From Nitratireductor sp. (GTDB lineage Bacteria; Pseudomonadota; Alphaproteobacteria; Rhizobiales; Rhizobiaceae): a stretch of DNA of 64,000 nt. The stretch covers positions 183,849-247,848 of the forward strand of contig JBDWLQ010000005.1 in NCBI GenBank assembly GCA_039973095.1. Reading direction: 5' to 3'. The position numbers and the translations under genes are program-made. This document shows positions 28,776 to 38,407 of the stretch, one piece after another. The notes beneath the pieces were generated by a model. The model made no database searches and was not told the origin of the DNA. It worked only from the letters and a program-made list of their open reading frames with translations. How positions within the stretch are numbered: the first letter of the stretch is position 1; the number at the start of each line of letters is the position of its first letter.

Positions 28776-29480
28776 ATGCGTAGTGCACTCTCCTGTCTGC
28801 CCCACGCGGCACGCCCGTCGCGGCGCACCGCTACCGTTCTTGCCGCGATCGCGGCGGTCGCGCTGCTGGGCGGCTGCGCCAAGCGCGATTCGATCACGGT
28901 CGGATCGGTGCCGGACGACTACCGGACCAATCATCCCATCATCGTATCCGAGCAGGACGAGGTGCTCGACCTGCCCGTCGGCCTGTCCGAGCGCGGCATG
29001 ACCCGCGTCCAGCGTGTCGCTGTCGACGGTTATGTCTCCAATTACGATCGCGGCGCGGGCGCCGTGATCAGCATCATGGTTCCGGCCAATTCCGCCAACG
29101 CGGCCTCGGCCAGCTCCGCCGCCTACGAGATCGCCGGCTACATGCAGCGCAAGGGCATTCCGGCCGGGCGCATCGTCACTGTACCTTATGATGCGGGCGC
29201 CCCCGACCAGACCGCGCCGATCCGTCTCGTCCATGGCCGCATGAAGGCGCATGTCGGCCAGTGCGGCCGCTGGCCAGACGACCTGCTCAAGACGCGCGAA
29301 AACAAGCACTACGCCAATTTCGGCTGCGCCTATCAGAACAATCTGGCCGCCCAGCTGGCCAACCCGTCGGACCTTCTGGGACCGCGGGCCTCCACGGAGA
29401 TCGACGCCGCCAATCGGGGGGTCGCGATTGAAGACTATCAGAGCCGTAAGACCGAATGGACCCCGGTCACCCAGTACTGA
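28776..29480 (+). CDS. cpaD: Pilus biogenesis lipoprotein CpaD
   Basis: Lipobox ALLGGC. I prefer ATG 28776 (SD gaggaa); the alternative ATG 28755 overlaps the cpaC stop. The position matches cpaD in Cpa/Ctp loci. Confidence 0.75.
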   Translation: MRSALSCLPHAARPSRRTATVLAAIAAVALLGGCAKRDSITVGSVPDDYRTNHPIIVSEQDEVLDLPVGLSERGMTRVQRVAVDGYVSNYDRGAGAVISIMVPANSANAASASSAAYEIAGYMQRKGIPAGRIVTVPYDAGAPDQTAPIRLVHGRMKAHVGQCGRWPDDLLKTRENKHYANFGCAYQNNLAAQLANPSDLLGPRASTEIDAANRGVAIEDYQSRKTEWTPVTQY

Positions 29481-29504
29481 CGTGCCGCAAGCGAGGCGAG
29501 GACG

Positions 29505-30788
29505 ATGAACAATCTGGCTTATGACAGCGAAAGCGAGCTGGACGAAGCGGTGACGGACGGCGAAGTGGCGCAGCTCAATGCTCTGCGCCCGATCCCGCGG
29601 ATCTCGATCCAGGCGTTCTGCGAGACCGAGAGTGTCGCCAAACCGATCGAGCGCGCCGGCGACGACCGGCGCATGGCCAAGGCTCATCTCAAGGTTCATA
29701 TGGGAGGGCTGGAGGCCGCGCTGGAATATTACAACACCGCGCCGACTCCGAACCTGATCGTTCTGGAATCACGCGACGAGCCGAAGGAGCTGCTGGAATC
29801 GCTGCAGCGGCTGGCCGATGTGTGCGATCCCTCGACCAAGGTCATCGTCATCGGTCACTACAATGATGTGTGGCTTTATCGCGAACTGATCCGCGCCGGC
29901 ATATCGGAATATGTCGTTGCGCCGGTCTCGCTGGCCGATGTCGTCGCGATCATCTCCCAGATTTTCGTCGACCCCGATGCCGAGCCGCTCGGCAAGTCGA
30001 TCGCCTTCGTCGGCGCCAAGGGCGGTGTTGGATCCTCCACGATCGCCCACAATGTCGGCTGGATGATGTCGACGACGTTCAACTCCGAAGTCGTGGTGGC
30101 CGATCTCGACCTGCCGTTCGGCACGGCCAATATCAATTTCGACCAGGATCCGGCCCAGGGCATCGCCGAAGCCGTGTTTTCGCCCGAGCGTATCGACGAG
30201 GTCTATCTCGACCGTCTGCTTGCCCAGTGCTCGGAACATCTCTCGCTGCTGGCCGCGCCGTCGACGCTCGACAGGGCCTATGATTTCGATGCCGACGCGT
30301 TCGCACAGATCATCGACATCGCCCAGCGCAGCGCGCCGCTGCTGATCCTCGACGTTCCGCATGCGTGGAACGGCTGGACGCGCAAGACGCTGGTCCAGGC
30401 CGACGAGATCGTGATTACGGCCTCGCCCGAACTGGCCAATCTGCGCAACACCAAGAACCTTGTCGACACGCTCAAGAAGCTGCGGCCCAACGACAAGGCG
30501 CCCTATCTCATCATCAACCAGGCCGGCGTGCCCAAGCGTCCCGAGATCTCGGCGGAGGATTTCGCCGAGCCGCTTGATCTGGTGCCGCTGGCCACGATCC
30601 CGTTTGAGGCGCAGCTTTTCGGCAATGCGGCCAATAATGGCCGGATGCTCGGCGAGATGGATGCCCAGCACATGATCGTCAAATCGATCTTTGACATCGC
30701 GCATGTGCTGACCGGTCGAAGCGAAATAAAGACCAAACCCAAGTCTGGCCTGGCCGGAATGCTCGCCAAGCTGAAGGCGCGGAAGTAG
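29505..30788 (+). CDS. cpaE: Pilus assembly protein CpaE/TadZ (ParA/MinD-like ATPase with receiver-like N-domain)
   Basis: 427 aa with deviant Walker A GAKGGVGSSTIAHN. Confidence 0.88.
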   Translation: MNNLAYDSESELDEAVTDGEVAQLNALRPIPRISIQAFCETESVAKPIERAGDDRRMAKAHLKVHMGGLEAALEYYNTAPTPNLIVLESRDEPKELLESLQRLADVCDPSTKVIVIGHYNDVWLYRELIRAGISEYVVAPVSLADVVAIISQIFVDPDAEPLGKSIAFVGAKGGVGSSTIAHNVGWMMSTTFNSEVVVADLDLPFGTANINFDQDPAQGIAEAVFSPERIDEVYLDRLLAQCSEHLSLLAAPSTLDRAYDFDADAFAQIIDIAQRSAPLLILDVPHAWNGWTRKTLVQADEIVITASPELANLRNTKNLVDTLKKLRPNDKAPYLIINQAGVPKRPEISAEDFAEPLDLVPLATIPFEAQLFGNAANNGRMLGEMDAQHMIVKSIFDIAHVLTGRSEIKTKPKSGLAGMLAKLKARK

Positions 30789-30818
30789 CCGCGAAATTGC
30801 GAAACTGGTGCGTGGGAC

Positions 30819-32312
30819 ATGTTTGGAAGACGTGGTAGCGAAGGTCCGTTGAAGGAAGAGCCGGCCGCCAGGCCGGTTGCGCCGTCGCCGTCGTCGGCGC
30901 CGCCTGACGGTGTCGACCGTCCGGCGGCCGAGCCACGCGCGGCCGCGCCGCAGCCGCCCGTTCCGTCGCGCCGCGACGCCGCGCCGCCGCAGGCGCCCAA
31001 GCCGGCCCCGCGCCAGGAGCGCGAGCATACGGAAAACTACTACGACACCAAGAGCCAGGTCTTTTCCGCGCTGATCGACACGATCGACCTGTCTCAGCTC
31101 GCCAAGCTCGAGCCGGAGACGGCGCGCGAGGAAATCCGCGACATCGTCAACGACATCATCGCGATCAAGAATTTCGCCATGTCGATTTCCGAGCAGGAGG
31201 AGCTGCTCGAGGACATCTGCAACGACGTGCTGGGTTACGGGCCGCTCGAGCCCCTGCTTGCCCGCGACGAAATCGCCGACATCATGGTCAACGGCGCCAA
31301 GCACGTCTATATCGAGGTTGAAGGCAAGATCGAGCAGACCAAGGTCCGCTTCCGCGACAATCAGCAGCTCCTCAATATCTGCCAGCGCATCGTCAGCCAG
31401 GTCGGCCGGCGCGTCGACGAATCGAGCCCGATCTGCGACGCGCGCCTGCCCGACGGCAGCCGCGTCAACGTCATCGCGCCACCGCTCGCCATCGATGGAG
31501 CGGCGCTGACCATCCGTAAGTTCAAGAAGGACAAGCTGACGCTCGACCAGCTTGTGAAGTTCGGGGCCATCTCGCAGGAAGGCGCCGATGTGCTGAAGAT
31601 CATCGGCCGCGTGCGCTGCAACGTCATCATCTCCGGCGGTACCGGTTCGGGCAAGACGACCCTGCTCAACTGCCTGACCAACTATATCGACCGCGACGAA
31701 CGCATCATCACCTGCGAGGATTCCGCCGAGCTCCAGCTGCAGCAGCCGCATGTCGTGCGCCTGGAGACACGGCCGCCCAATCTCGAGGGAGAGGGCGAGG
31801 TCACCATGCGCGACCTGGTCAAGAACTGCCTGCGCATGCGTCCCGAACGCATCATCGTCGGCGAGGTGCGCGGACCCGAAGTGTTCGATCTGCTTCAGGC
31901 GATGAACACCGGCCATGATGGGTCGATGGGCACCATTCACTCCAACTCGCCGCGCGAATGCCTCAACCGCATCGAATCGATGATCGCCATGGGGGGCTTT
32001 TCGCTACCTCAGCGCACGGTGCGTGAGATCATCGTCGGTTCCGTCGACGTCATCATCCAGGCGACCCGTCTGCGCGACGGTTCGCGCCGCATTACCCATA
32101 TCACCGAGGTGATCGGCATGGAGGGCGACGTCATCGTGACGCAGGATCTGGTCCTCTACAATATCAGCGGCGAAGACCAGAACGGGCGCATCGTGGGCGC
32201 GCACACTTCGACCGGTGTCGGTCGGCCGAATTTCTGGGACCGGGCCCGCTACTACGGCGAGGAGGCACGGCTGGCCAACGCGCTCGAAACCATGGAAAAG
32301 CAGGTCGGCTGA
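30819..32312 (+). CDS. cpaF: Tad secretion ATPase CpaF/TadA
   Basis: 497 aa with a Pro/Ala-rich N-terminal extension, then a VirB11-like ATPase with Walker [13 protein letters not shown] and the Asp/His boxes. Confidence 0.95.
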   Translation: MFGRRGSEGPLKEEPAARPVAPSPSSAPPDGVDRPAAEPRAAAPQPPVPSRRDAAPPQAPKPAPRQEREHTENYYDTKSQVFSALIDTIDLSQLAKLEPETAREEIRDIVNDIIAIKNFAMSISEQEELLEDICNDVLGYGPLEPLLARDEIADIMVNGAKHVYIEVEGKIEQTKVRFRDNQQLLNICQRIVSQVGRRVDESSPICDARLPDGSRVNVIAPPLAIDGAALTIRKFKKDKLTLDQLVKFGAISQEGADVLKIIGRVRCNVIISGGTGSGKTTLLNCLTNYIDRDERIITCEDSAELQLQQPHVVRLETRPPNLEGEGEVTMRDLVKNCLRMRPERIIVGEVRGPEVFDLLQAMNTGHDGSMGTIHSNSPRECLNRIESMIAMGGFSLPQRTVREIIVGSVDVIIQATRLRDGSRRITHITEVIGMEGDVIVTQDLVLYNISGEDQNGRIVGAHTSTGVGRPNFWDRARYYGEEARLANALETMEKQVG

Positions 32313-32338
32313 CATGAACACGGTGGGGAACTAGGCCG

Positions 32339-33352
32339 ATGTTCGGACTTGATACGACCCTCTTGGCGGTAATCCTGCTCGCCGGCCTCAGCGCCGGCGC
32401 GGTCGCCTACGCATTCATGTTCAACACCATCGCCAATGAGCGCAAGGCCGGGCGGCGGCTGGATACGATCAAGCGGGCAGAGACCGACCGCAACGTGGTC
32501 AAGGCCTCGCGCGACCGCATGGCCGAAGCGGCGAAACGGCGCAAATCGGTCCAGGATTCGCTCAAGGATCTGGACGAGAAGCAGCGGGTGAAGGATACCC
32601 GCACGCGCAAGCCGCCGCTGAAGGGCCAGATCAGGCAGGCAGGCCTCAACATGCCGGTGCAGCGCTTCTACATCATCTCCGCCTTTTGCGGACTGTTCTT
32701 CGCGGCCGTGGCGTTTTTCGCCGGGGCGCCGCTGTGGGCGGTTCCCGGGGCGCTGCTGGCCGGCGCCTTTGGCGTGCCGCGCTGGGGACTGGCCTATATG
32801 CGCGCGCGCCGGGTCAAGGCCTTCCTGGAGGAACTGCCCAACGCGCTCGACATCATCGTGCGATCGGTGAAGTCCGGCCTGCCGATCAATGACGGCGTGC
32901 GGCTGATCGCGAGCGAGGCGCAGGAGCCGGTGCGCGGCGAATTCCGCCGTGTCGTCGAGGCCCAGCAAATGGGTCTTTCGCTGCCCGAGGCCACGCTGCG
33001 CATGGCCGAAACCATGCCGTGCCCGGAGGCCGGCTTTTTCGGCATCGTCATCCAGATCCAGAGCCAGGCCGGTGGCAATCTGTCCGAGGCGCTGGGCAAT
33101 CTCTCGCGGGTCCTGCGCGACCGCAAGCGCATGCGGGCGAAGGTATCGGCCCTGTCGATGGAGGCCAAGGCCTCGGCCGCCATTATCGGCGCACTGCCCT
33201 TCATCGTGGCTTTCCTCGTCTATCTGACCAGCCCGAATTACATCATGCCGCTCTTCACCACCTCGACCGGACACATGGTGCTCGGCGTATCGCTGCTGTG
33301 GATGTCGGTCGGGATTTTCGTCATGAAGAAAATGATGAATTTCGACATTTGA
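32339..33352 (+). CDS. tadB: Tad inner-membrane platform protein TadB
   Basis: 337 aa with a T2SS-F-like domain and multiple TM segments; follows cpaF. Confidence 0.88.
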   Translation: MFGLDTTLLAVILLAGLSAGAVAYAFMFNTIANERKAGRRLDTIKRAETDRNVVKASRDRMAEAAKRRKSVQDSLKDLDEKQRVKDTRTRKPPLKGQIRQAGLNMPVQRFYIISAFCGLFFAAVAFFAGAPLWAVPGALLAGAFGVPRWGLAYMRARRVKAFLEELPNALDIIVRSVKSGLPINDGVRLIASEAQEPVRGEFRRVVEAQQMGLSLPEATLRMAETMPCPEAGFFGIVIQIQSQAGGNLSEALGNLSRVLRDRKRMRAKVSALSMEAKASAAIIGALPFIVAFLVYLTSPNYIMPLFTTSTGHMVLGVSLLWMSVGIFVMKKMMNFDI

Positions 33353-33380
33353 AGACGGCGCATTTCGAAAAGGCCGACCC

Positions 33381-34400
33381 ATGACCGACCAGATCGTCAA
33401 CGCGATATTCGAACCGGCCTTCCTCATCGGGCTGCTGGTTGCGGTCGCTGTCTTCGCGACCGTGTTCACGGCCATGCCGGCGCTGGGCGGAAACGAGCTC
33501 AAGACACGCATGAAGACGGTTGCGCTCGAGCGCGACGAATTGCGGGCCAAGCAGCGCGCGCGCCTTGCTGCCGAGGCGGACCGGCGCCGCAAGGGACTGC
33601 GCGAGGAACACTCGCGCGGCATGCGCGATATCGTCGAAAGGCTCGATCTGAAACGGGCGCTGGTCGATCAGGCGACCTTGTCGAAGCTGCGCATGGCCGG
33701 GTTTCGCGGCGAAAACCCGTTGACGCGCTTCTTGTTTTTCCGCCTGGTTCTGCCGGCGGTCGGGCTGGTGCTCGGCGGTCTGTATATCTTCGTGCTCGGC
33801 GGCATGGCCGACCAGCCGATGCTGGTCAAGGTCTTCGTTATCATCGCCGCAGCCTATGCCGGCTTTTATGCGCCGATCATCTATGTCAACAACCGCGCCA
33901 CCAAGCGCAAGCAATCGATCCAGAAGGCGTGGCCCGACGCGCTCGACCTGATGCTGATCTGCGTGGAATCGGGCATGTCGATCGAAGCGGCCTTCCGGCG
34001 CGTGGCCGAGGAAATCGGTTTGCAGTCCGTCGAGCTCGCCGAGGAATTCGTGCTCACCAATGCCGAGTTGTCCTTCCTGCAGGAGCGCCGTCAGGCTTAT
34101 GAGAACCTCGCCGCCCGTACCGGGCTCGATGCGGTCAAGAGCGTCAGCCAGGCGCTGATCCAGGCCGAGCGCTACGGCACGCCGGTGGCCCACGCGCTCC
34201 GGGTTCTGGCTCAGGAAAGCCGCGAGATGCGTATGAACGCCGCTGAAAAGAAGGCGGCAGCCCTTCCCCCGAAGCTGACCGTGCCGATGATCCTGTTCTT
34301 CCTTCCGGTCCTGTTCGCCGTCATCCTCGGCCCCGCCATCATGCAGTTTTCCGAACAGGGTGTCTTCGGCGACAAGAAGCAGTCGTCGAGCGAGCGCTAG
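33381..34400 (+). CDS. tadC: Tad inner-membrane platform protein TadC
   Basis: 339 aa, a second T2SS-F-like paralog; follows tadB. Confidence 0.88.
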   Translation: MTDQIVNAIFEPAFLIGLLVAVAVFATVFTAMPALGGNELKTRMKTVALERDELRAKQRARLAAEADRRRKGLREEHSRGMRDIVERLDLKRALVDQATLSKLRMAGFRGENPLTRFLFFRLVLPAVGLVLGGLYIFVLGGMADQPMLVKVFVIIAAAYAGFYAPIIYVNNRATKRKQSIQKAWPDALDLMLICVESGMSIEAAFRRVAEEIGLQSVELAEEFVLTNAELSFLQERRQAYENLAARTGLDAVKSVSQALIQAERYGTPVAHALRVLAQESREMRMNAAEKKAAALPPKLTVPMILFFLPVLFAVILGPAIMQFSEQGVFGDKKQSSSER

Positions 34401-34454
34401 GCCCCGCTTGCCGGCAGGCTTGAGACGCCGGCTCCGCGCACCCGCCCGCATACG

Positions 34455-34488
34455 AAAACGCCCCGGCGAACATCGCGCGGGGCGTTTT
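34455..34488. terminator. Bidirectional rho-independent terminator between tadC and a convergent gene
   Basis: aaaacgccccg ... cggggcgtttt forms a GC stem flanked by A4 and T4, so it can terminate both convergent transcripts. Confidence 0.75.
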
Positions 34489-34510
34489 ACGTGCGGGGGC
34501 AGGGTCGGGT

Positions 34511-34972
34511 TCAGCGGTCGACCGCGATGTAGCCCATATGAGTTCCCATGCCGCGATTGGTGCGCCGAAGAACCGGGCCCTCGCGATAGTTCGGGCGGGC
34601 GCGCACCGGCTTGGGCGGCTTGGCGGGGCTGTCCTTGATGCCCCACATCTTCTTGAAGCCCTTCCAGGACTGTTTGGCCATGTCGCCCGGCCGATAGCCA
34701 TCGTCGACGCCGAAACATCTGGCGATGCAGGTTACCACCGTGGTGGAAACCTCGCCGACGGCCGTGCCGACCGCGAGGCCGACCGACGAGATGATCTTGG
34801 CGCGGGTACGTGCCGGCGTGCCGGCCGTCTTCAAGTCCCGGCCCATCCGCTGGATGCCGGATTCGCGGTTGAGGTTTGCGCCATCGCGTGCCGCCGCGGG
34901 CCCGGCTATCGTGGCGGTGATGCCGACCGCGAGGGTGGCTGCGAGGAAAATGGAGACCAGTTTTGCGAACAT
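34511..34972 (-). CDS. Hypothetical secreted protein (no family recognised)
   Basis: 153 aa. SD ggaaggga lies 6 nt upstream of the ATG, and a signal peptide is present (MFAKLVSIFLAATLAVGITATIAGPAAA). Codon third positions are G/C-rich, and the mature part is basic with two Cys (TCIARC). Confidence 0.6.
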   Translation of the reverse strand: MFAKLVSIFLAATLAVGITATIAGPAAARDGANLNRESGIQRMGRDLKTAGTPARTRAKIISSVGLAVGTAVGEVSTTVVTCIARCFGVDDGYRPGDMAKQSWKGFKKMWGIKDSPAKPPKPVRARPNYREGPVLRRTNRGMGTHMGYIAVDR

Positions 34973-35183
34973 TTTTCGTCCCTTCCATTGAGATCGCGAA
35001 CAAGCGTTACGTCAACTTGGTCGCGGGGCGGGGCGAAAAGGTTCAAGACTTTTTTGGACCCCCAACACGGGGGCGGGAAGGAAAGGCGCCGGATGCCGCG
35101 ATATGGGGCCAACCGTGCTATGGTGACCGGGCGTTTTAGGAGCCCGCTTGATGCCGGCTACATTCGCGCTGAAAGGACCGGAA

Positions 35184-35612
35184 ATGTCCAACACCCAAAA
35201 AGGTGCATGCTTTTGCGGCGCGGTTGCGATTGAAGTGACCGGCGCACCCGAGGCGATGGGGTATTGCCATTGCGAATCGTGCCGATCGTGGTCCGCCGGG
35301 CCGGCCAACGCCTTTACGCTCTTTAGGGCCGAAAATGTGAAGGTTACGAAGGGGGAGGCGCATGTCGGCCATTTCAGGAAGACCGAGCGGAGCGATCGGC
35401 AATACTGCACCCGGTGCGGCGGTCATCTCATGACCGATCACCCGCATTGGGGATTGATCGACGTCTACGCGGCGACGATCCCCGGACAGGCGTTCGTGCC
35501 CGGTGTGCATGTCAACTATGCCGAGACGGTTTTGCCGATGAGAGACGGCTTGCCAAAGATGAGCGATTTTCCGTCCGAACTGGGCGGTAGCGGCGAAACC
35601 GTGCCCGAATAG
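35184..35612 (+). CDS. GFA/CENP-V family zinc protein (glutathione-dependent formaldehyde-activating enzyme-like)
   Basis: Cys ligand pattern CFCGAV...CHCESC...CTRCG. ATG 35184 follows aaagga. Confidence 0.75.
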   Translation: MSNTQKGACFCGAVAIEVTGAPEAMGYCHCESCRSWSAGPANAFTLFRAENVKVTKGEAHVGHFRKTERSDRQYCTRCGGHLMTDHPHWGLIDVYAATIPGQAFVPGVHVNYAETVLPMRDGLPKMSDFPSELGGSGETVPE

Positions 35613-35680
35613 CGGCTCCACGACCCTGTCCCGCCCGTCGCGTGGCTAGCGGGTCGAATTGGCTCCTAAGAGGAACGGCT

Positions 35681-36496
35681 CTAGTTGGTCGCCTTCTTGT
35701 CTTCCTTCTTGATCTCGCTCCATGCGTTTTGCTGGGCGAGCATCGAGCGCAGATAGGCGACGTTGGCTTCAGCCTGGTTCGGTGACAATTCCTGGCGCGC
35801 CAGTTTTTCGGCCTCGTCGAACCGGCCTTGCAGGCCGACGACGAGCGCCAGGTTCTGCCGCACCCGGCTGTCGGCGCTCGGTGCGGCGGCCGCCTGCCTG
35901 AGATAGGTTTCGGCCGTTCTCAGGTCGCCTTCCAGCACATAGGACATGCCGAGATTGGACAGGATCGACGGCTCGTCGGGTTTCAGGTCCAGCGCTTTGC
36001 GGTAGAGCGTGCGCGCCTGCGCGGAATTGCCGAGCTGATCGAGGATCGCCGCTTCGGCCGAAAACAGCTTCCAGTCCGGATATTCCGGCGTCTGGGCGCG
36101 ACGGACCGCGTCGAGCGCGGTCTCGAATTCTCCGGCTGCGGCCAGCGCCTTGCCGTAGGCGGCAAGCACCGAGCGGTCCTTGGGATGCGCGATCGCCAGC
36201 TTGCGCATCACCGCCAGCGACTGGTCCGTCTTGCCGGTCATCTGCAGCACGTTGGCGTAGCGTATAGCCACGCCTTTGTCGGTGGGGGCCTTGGCAAAGG
36301 CTTGTCCCAGCGAAACGGCGGCGTTTTGCAGTTCCTGCGACGACATTTGAGCGACCGGGCGCGCGCTGCCGCGATCGACCGAGCCGGTCGTCAGGCGTGA
36401 ATTGGCGCAGCCCGCGACGCTTGCGGCCAACGCAACGGCGAGGGCGGCACGACGCCAGCGTCTTCCGGTTGCGTTCGCGTCGCGATTGGTCAACAT
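35681..36496 (-). CDS. TPR-repeat lipoprotein, TadD-like
   Basis: 271 aa with lipobox SVAGC and several TPR repeats. It lies next to the tad locus. Confidence 0.7.
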   Translation of the reverse strand: MLTNRDANATGRRWRRAALAVALAASVAGCANSRLTTGSVDRGSARPVAQMSSQELQNAAVSLGQAFAKAPTDKGVAIRYANVLQMTGKTDQSLAVMRKLAIAHPKDRSVLAAYGKALAAAGEFETALDAVRRAQTPEYPDWKLFSAEAAILDQLGNSAQARTLYRKALDLKPDEPSILSNLGMSYVLEGDLRTAETYLRQAAAAPSADSRVRQNLALVVGLQGRFDEAEKLARQELSPNQAEANVAYLRSMLAQQNAWSEIKKEDKKATN

Positions 36497-36606
36497 GCGC
36501 TCGTCTCCGCTTCGCCGCGCCGCAGGTTTGATGATGCGGCTGTCTGGAGGCAGAAATATTCCGTTAACCCTAACGGACGGTTAAGGAAACCAAGGACAAC
36601 TGCCCG

Positions 36607-37983
36607 ATGCCCGTCGAACTGATCGCCGAAAAGCCGGCCGCCGCCCTGCCGGTCCATCTCGTCACCAAGGCCGGGCTCGAAACGGCCGGGCTCGATGCGG
36701 CCGCGCGCGCCTGGGCCGAAGCGCACGGGTTTTCGGGCAAGGTCGGCGAACTGCTGTGCTATCCCGACGCGGCCGGCCGCCTCGCTGGCGCGTTGCTGGG
36801 CTGCGCCGCGTCGCGGGACGGTTTTTCGCCGCTTGCCACCGGGCGGCTGGCGCGGCAATTGCCGCAGGGCGACTGGTTTTTCGCCACCCCTCTCGACGAG
36901 CCGGCAAACGCGGCGCTGGCTCTTCTGCTTGGCGGCTACCGTTTCGCCCGATACGGCAAGAAACAGGGCGACACGCTGCGTTTCGTTGCGCCGGAGGGCG
37001 TCGACGTCGAGCGCGTCAACCGCATTGCAGCTGGTGTGTTCATGGCCCGCGACCTGGTCAACACCCCGACCAACGATCTCGGCCCCGATGCGCTCGAGCA
37101 GGCCGCGCGCGATCTCGCCGCCCGGCACGGCGCCGACGTTTCGGTGGTCGTTGGCGAGGCGCTGCTTGAACGGAATTTTCCGATGATCCACGCCGTCGGT
37201 CGCGCCGCCGCCCAGGCGCCGCGCCTGATCGATCTGCGCTGGGGACCCCAAGATGCGCCGCGCGTCACCCTGGTCGGCAAGGGGGTCTGCTTCGACACTG
37301 GCGGACTCGACATCAAGCCGGCAAGCGGCATGCGCCTGATGAAGAAGGACATGGGCGGCGCGGCCAATGTTCTCGGCCTTGCGTCGATGATCATGGCGGC
37401 GGGCCTGAAGCTGCGCCTGCGCGTGCTGGTGCCGGCGGTCGAGAATGCGATTTCCGGCAATGCCTTCCGTCCCGGCGACGTTCTGAAAAGCCGCAAGGGA
37501 CCGACGGTGGAGATCGGCAATACCGACGCCGAAGGCCGCCTGGTGCTCGCCGACGCGCTGGCGCTGGCCGACGAGGAAGAGCCGCAGCTTCTGATCGATA
37601 TGGCGACCCTGACCGGCGCGGCGCGTGTCGCCCTCGGCCCGGACCTGCCGCCGTTCTACACCGACGACGACGCCTTCGCCGCCGCGCTGGCCGACGCGGC
37701 CGGGCGCGTCTGCGATCCGGTGTGGCGCATGCCGCTGTGGGCGCCCTACGATGCCGGGCTTTCCTCCAAGGTCGCCGACGTCAACAATGTCACCACCGAC
37801 GGTTTTGCCGGCTCGATCACCGCCGCGCTCTTCCTGAAGCGTTTCGTCGAACGCGCCGCCACCTGGGCGCATTTCGACATCTTCGCCTGGAGCCCGACCG
37901 ACCGGCCGCATGGCCTGGCCGGCGGCGAGGCGCAGGCGATCCGCGCGCTTGAGAGCCTGTTGGCGGCGCGCTACCCGGCTTGA
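36607..37983 (+). CDS. M17 family leucyl aminopeptidase-like protein
   Basis: 458 aa with the M17 signature NTDAEGRLVLADAL, and VGKGVCFDTGGLDIKP. Confidence 0.9.
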   Translation: MPVELIAEKPAAALPVHLVTKAGLETAGLDAAARAWAEAHGFSGKVGELLCYPDAAGRLAGALLGCAASRDGFSPLATGRLARQLPQGDWFFATPLDEPANAALALLLGGYRFARYGKKQGDTLRFVAPEGVDVERVNRIAAGVFMARDLVNTPTNDLGPDALEQAARDLAARHGADVSVVVGEALLERNFPMIHAVGRAAAQAPRLIDLRWGPQDAPRVTLVGKGVCFDTGGLDIKPASGMRLMKKDMGGAANVLGLASMIMAAGLKLRLRVLVPAVENAISGNAFRPGDVLKSRKGPTVEIGNTDAEGRLVLADALALADEEEPQLLIDMATLTGAARVALGPDLPPFYTDDDAFAAALADAAGRVCDPVWRMPLWAPYDAGLSSKVADVNNVTTDGFAGSITAALFLKRFVERAATWAHFDIFAWSPTDRPHGLAGGEAQAIRALESLLAARYPA

Positions 37984-38056
37984 CCGGCTTGCCTCGCGCG
38001 GCATTTCGGGGTTGAATGAAACGGACCCGTAACAAGCCTTGCAAATCAAGGAAGAC

Positions 38057-38407
38057 ATGTCCGTATCCTTGCGTCCGAGCCAGGCATTGAGGCTGTGGCA
38101 GCAGGTATCGCTGTCGGAGGTGCTGGACGATCGCCCCGATCTGAGCATGCGCCAGACCGCCATCCTCCTGACCATCTATCTCGACCCGCCGCCCCACACC
38201 GTGCGCGGCCTGGCGGCACGGCTTGCCGTCACCAAGCCGGTCATCACGCGCGCACTCGACACGATGGGGGCGCTCGGGCTTGTCAGCCGGCATCGCGACG
38301 ACAACGACAAGCGCAACGTGCTGATCAAGCGTACGGTCAAGGGCGCGCTCTATGTCGAGCGCCTCGGCGACGTGATCATCGAACGGGGACGGGAGCTGCC
38401 GCTGTGA
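38057..38407 (+). CDS. MarR-type winged-helix transcriptional regulator (short)
   Basis: 116 aa counted from ATG 38057, with the wHTH core LSMRQTAILLTIYL...VRGLAARLAVTKPVITRALDTMGALGLVSR...DKRNVLIKRT. Confidence 0.75.
   Translation: MSVSLRPSQALRLWQQVSLSEVLDDRPDLSMRQTAILLTIYLDPPPHTVRGLAARLAVTKPVITRALDTMGALGLVSRHRDDNDKRNVLIKRTVKGALYVERLGDVIIERGRELPL

Noticed and set aside
38095-38403. N-terminal 103 aa of the 388-aa ORF 38095..39261.
   Set aside because: This part overlaps the MarR-type gene in another frame and is Arg/Pro/Ala-rich. The NlpC/P60 homology begins after the GTG at 38404, which overlaps the MarR stop.
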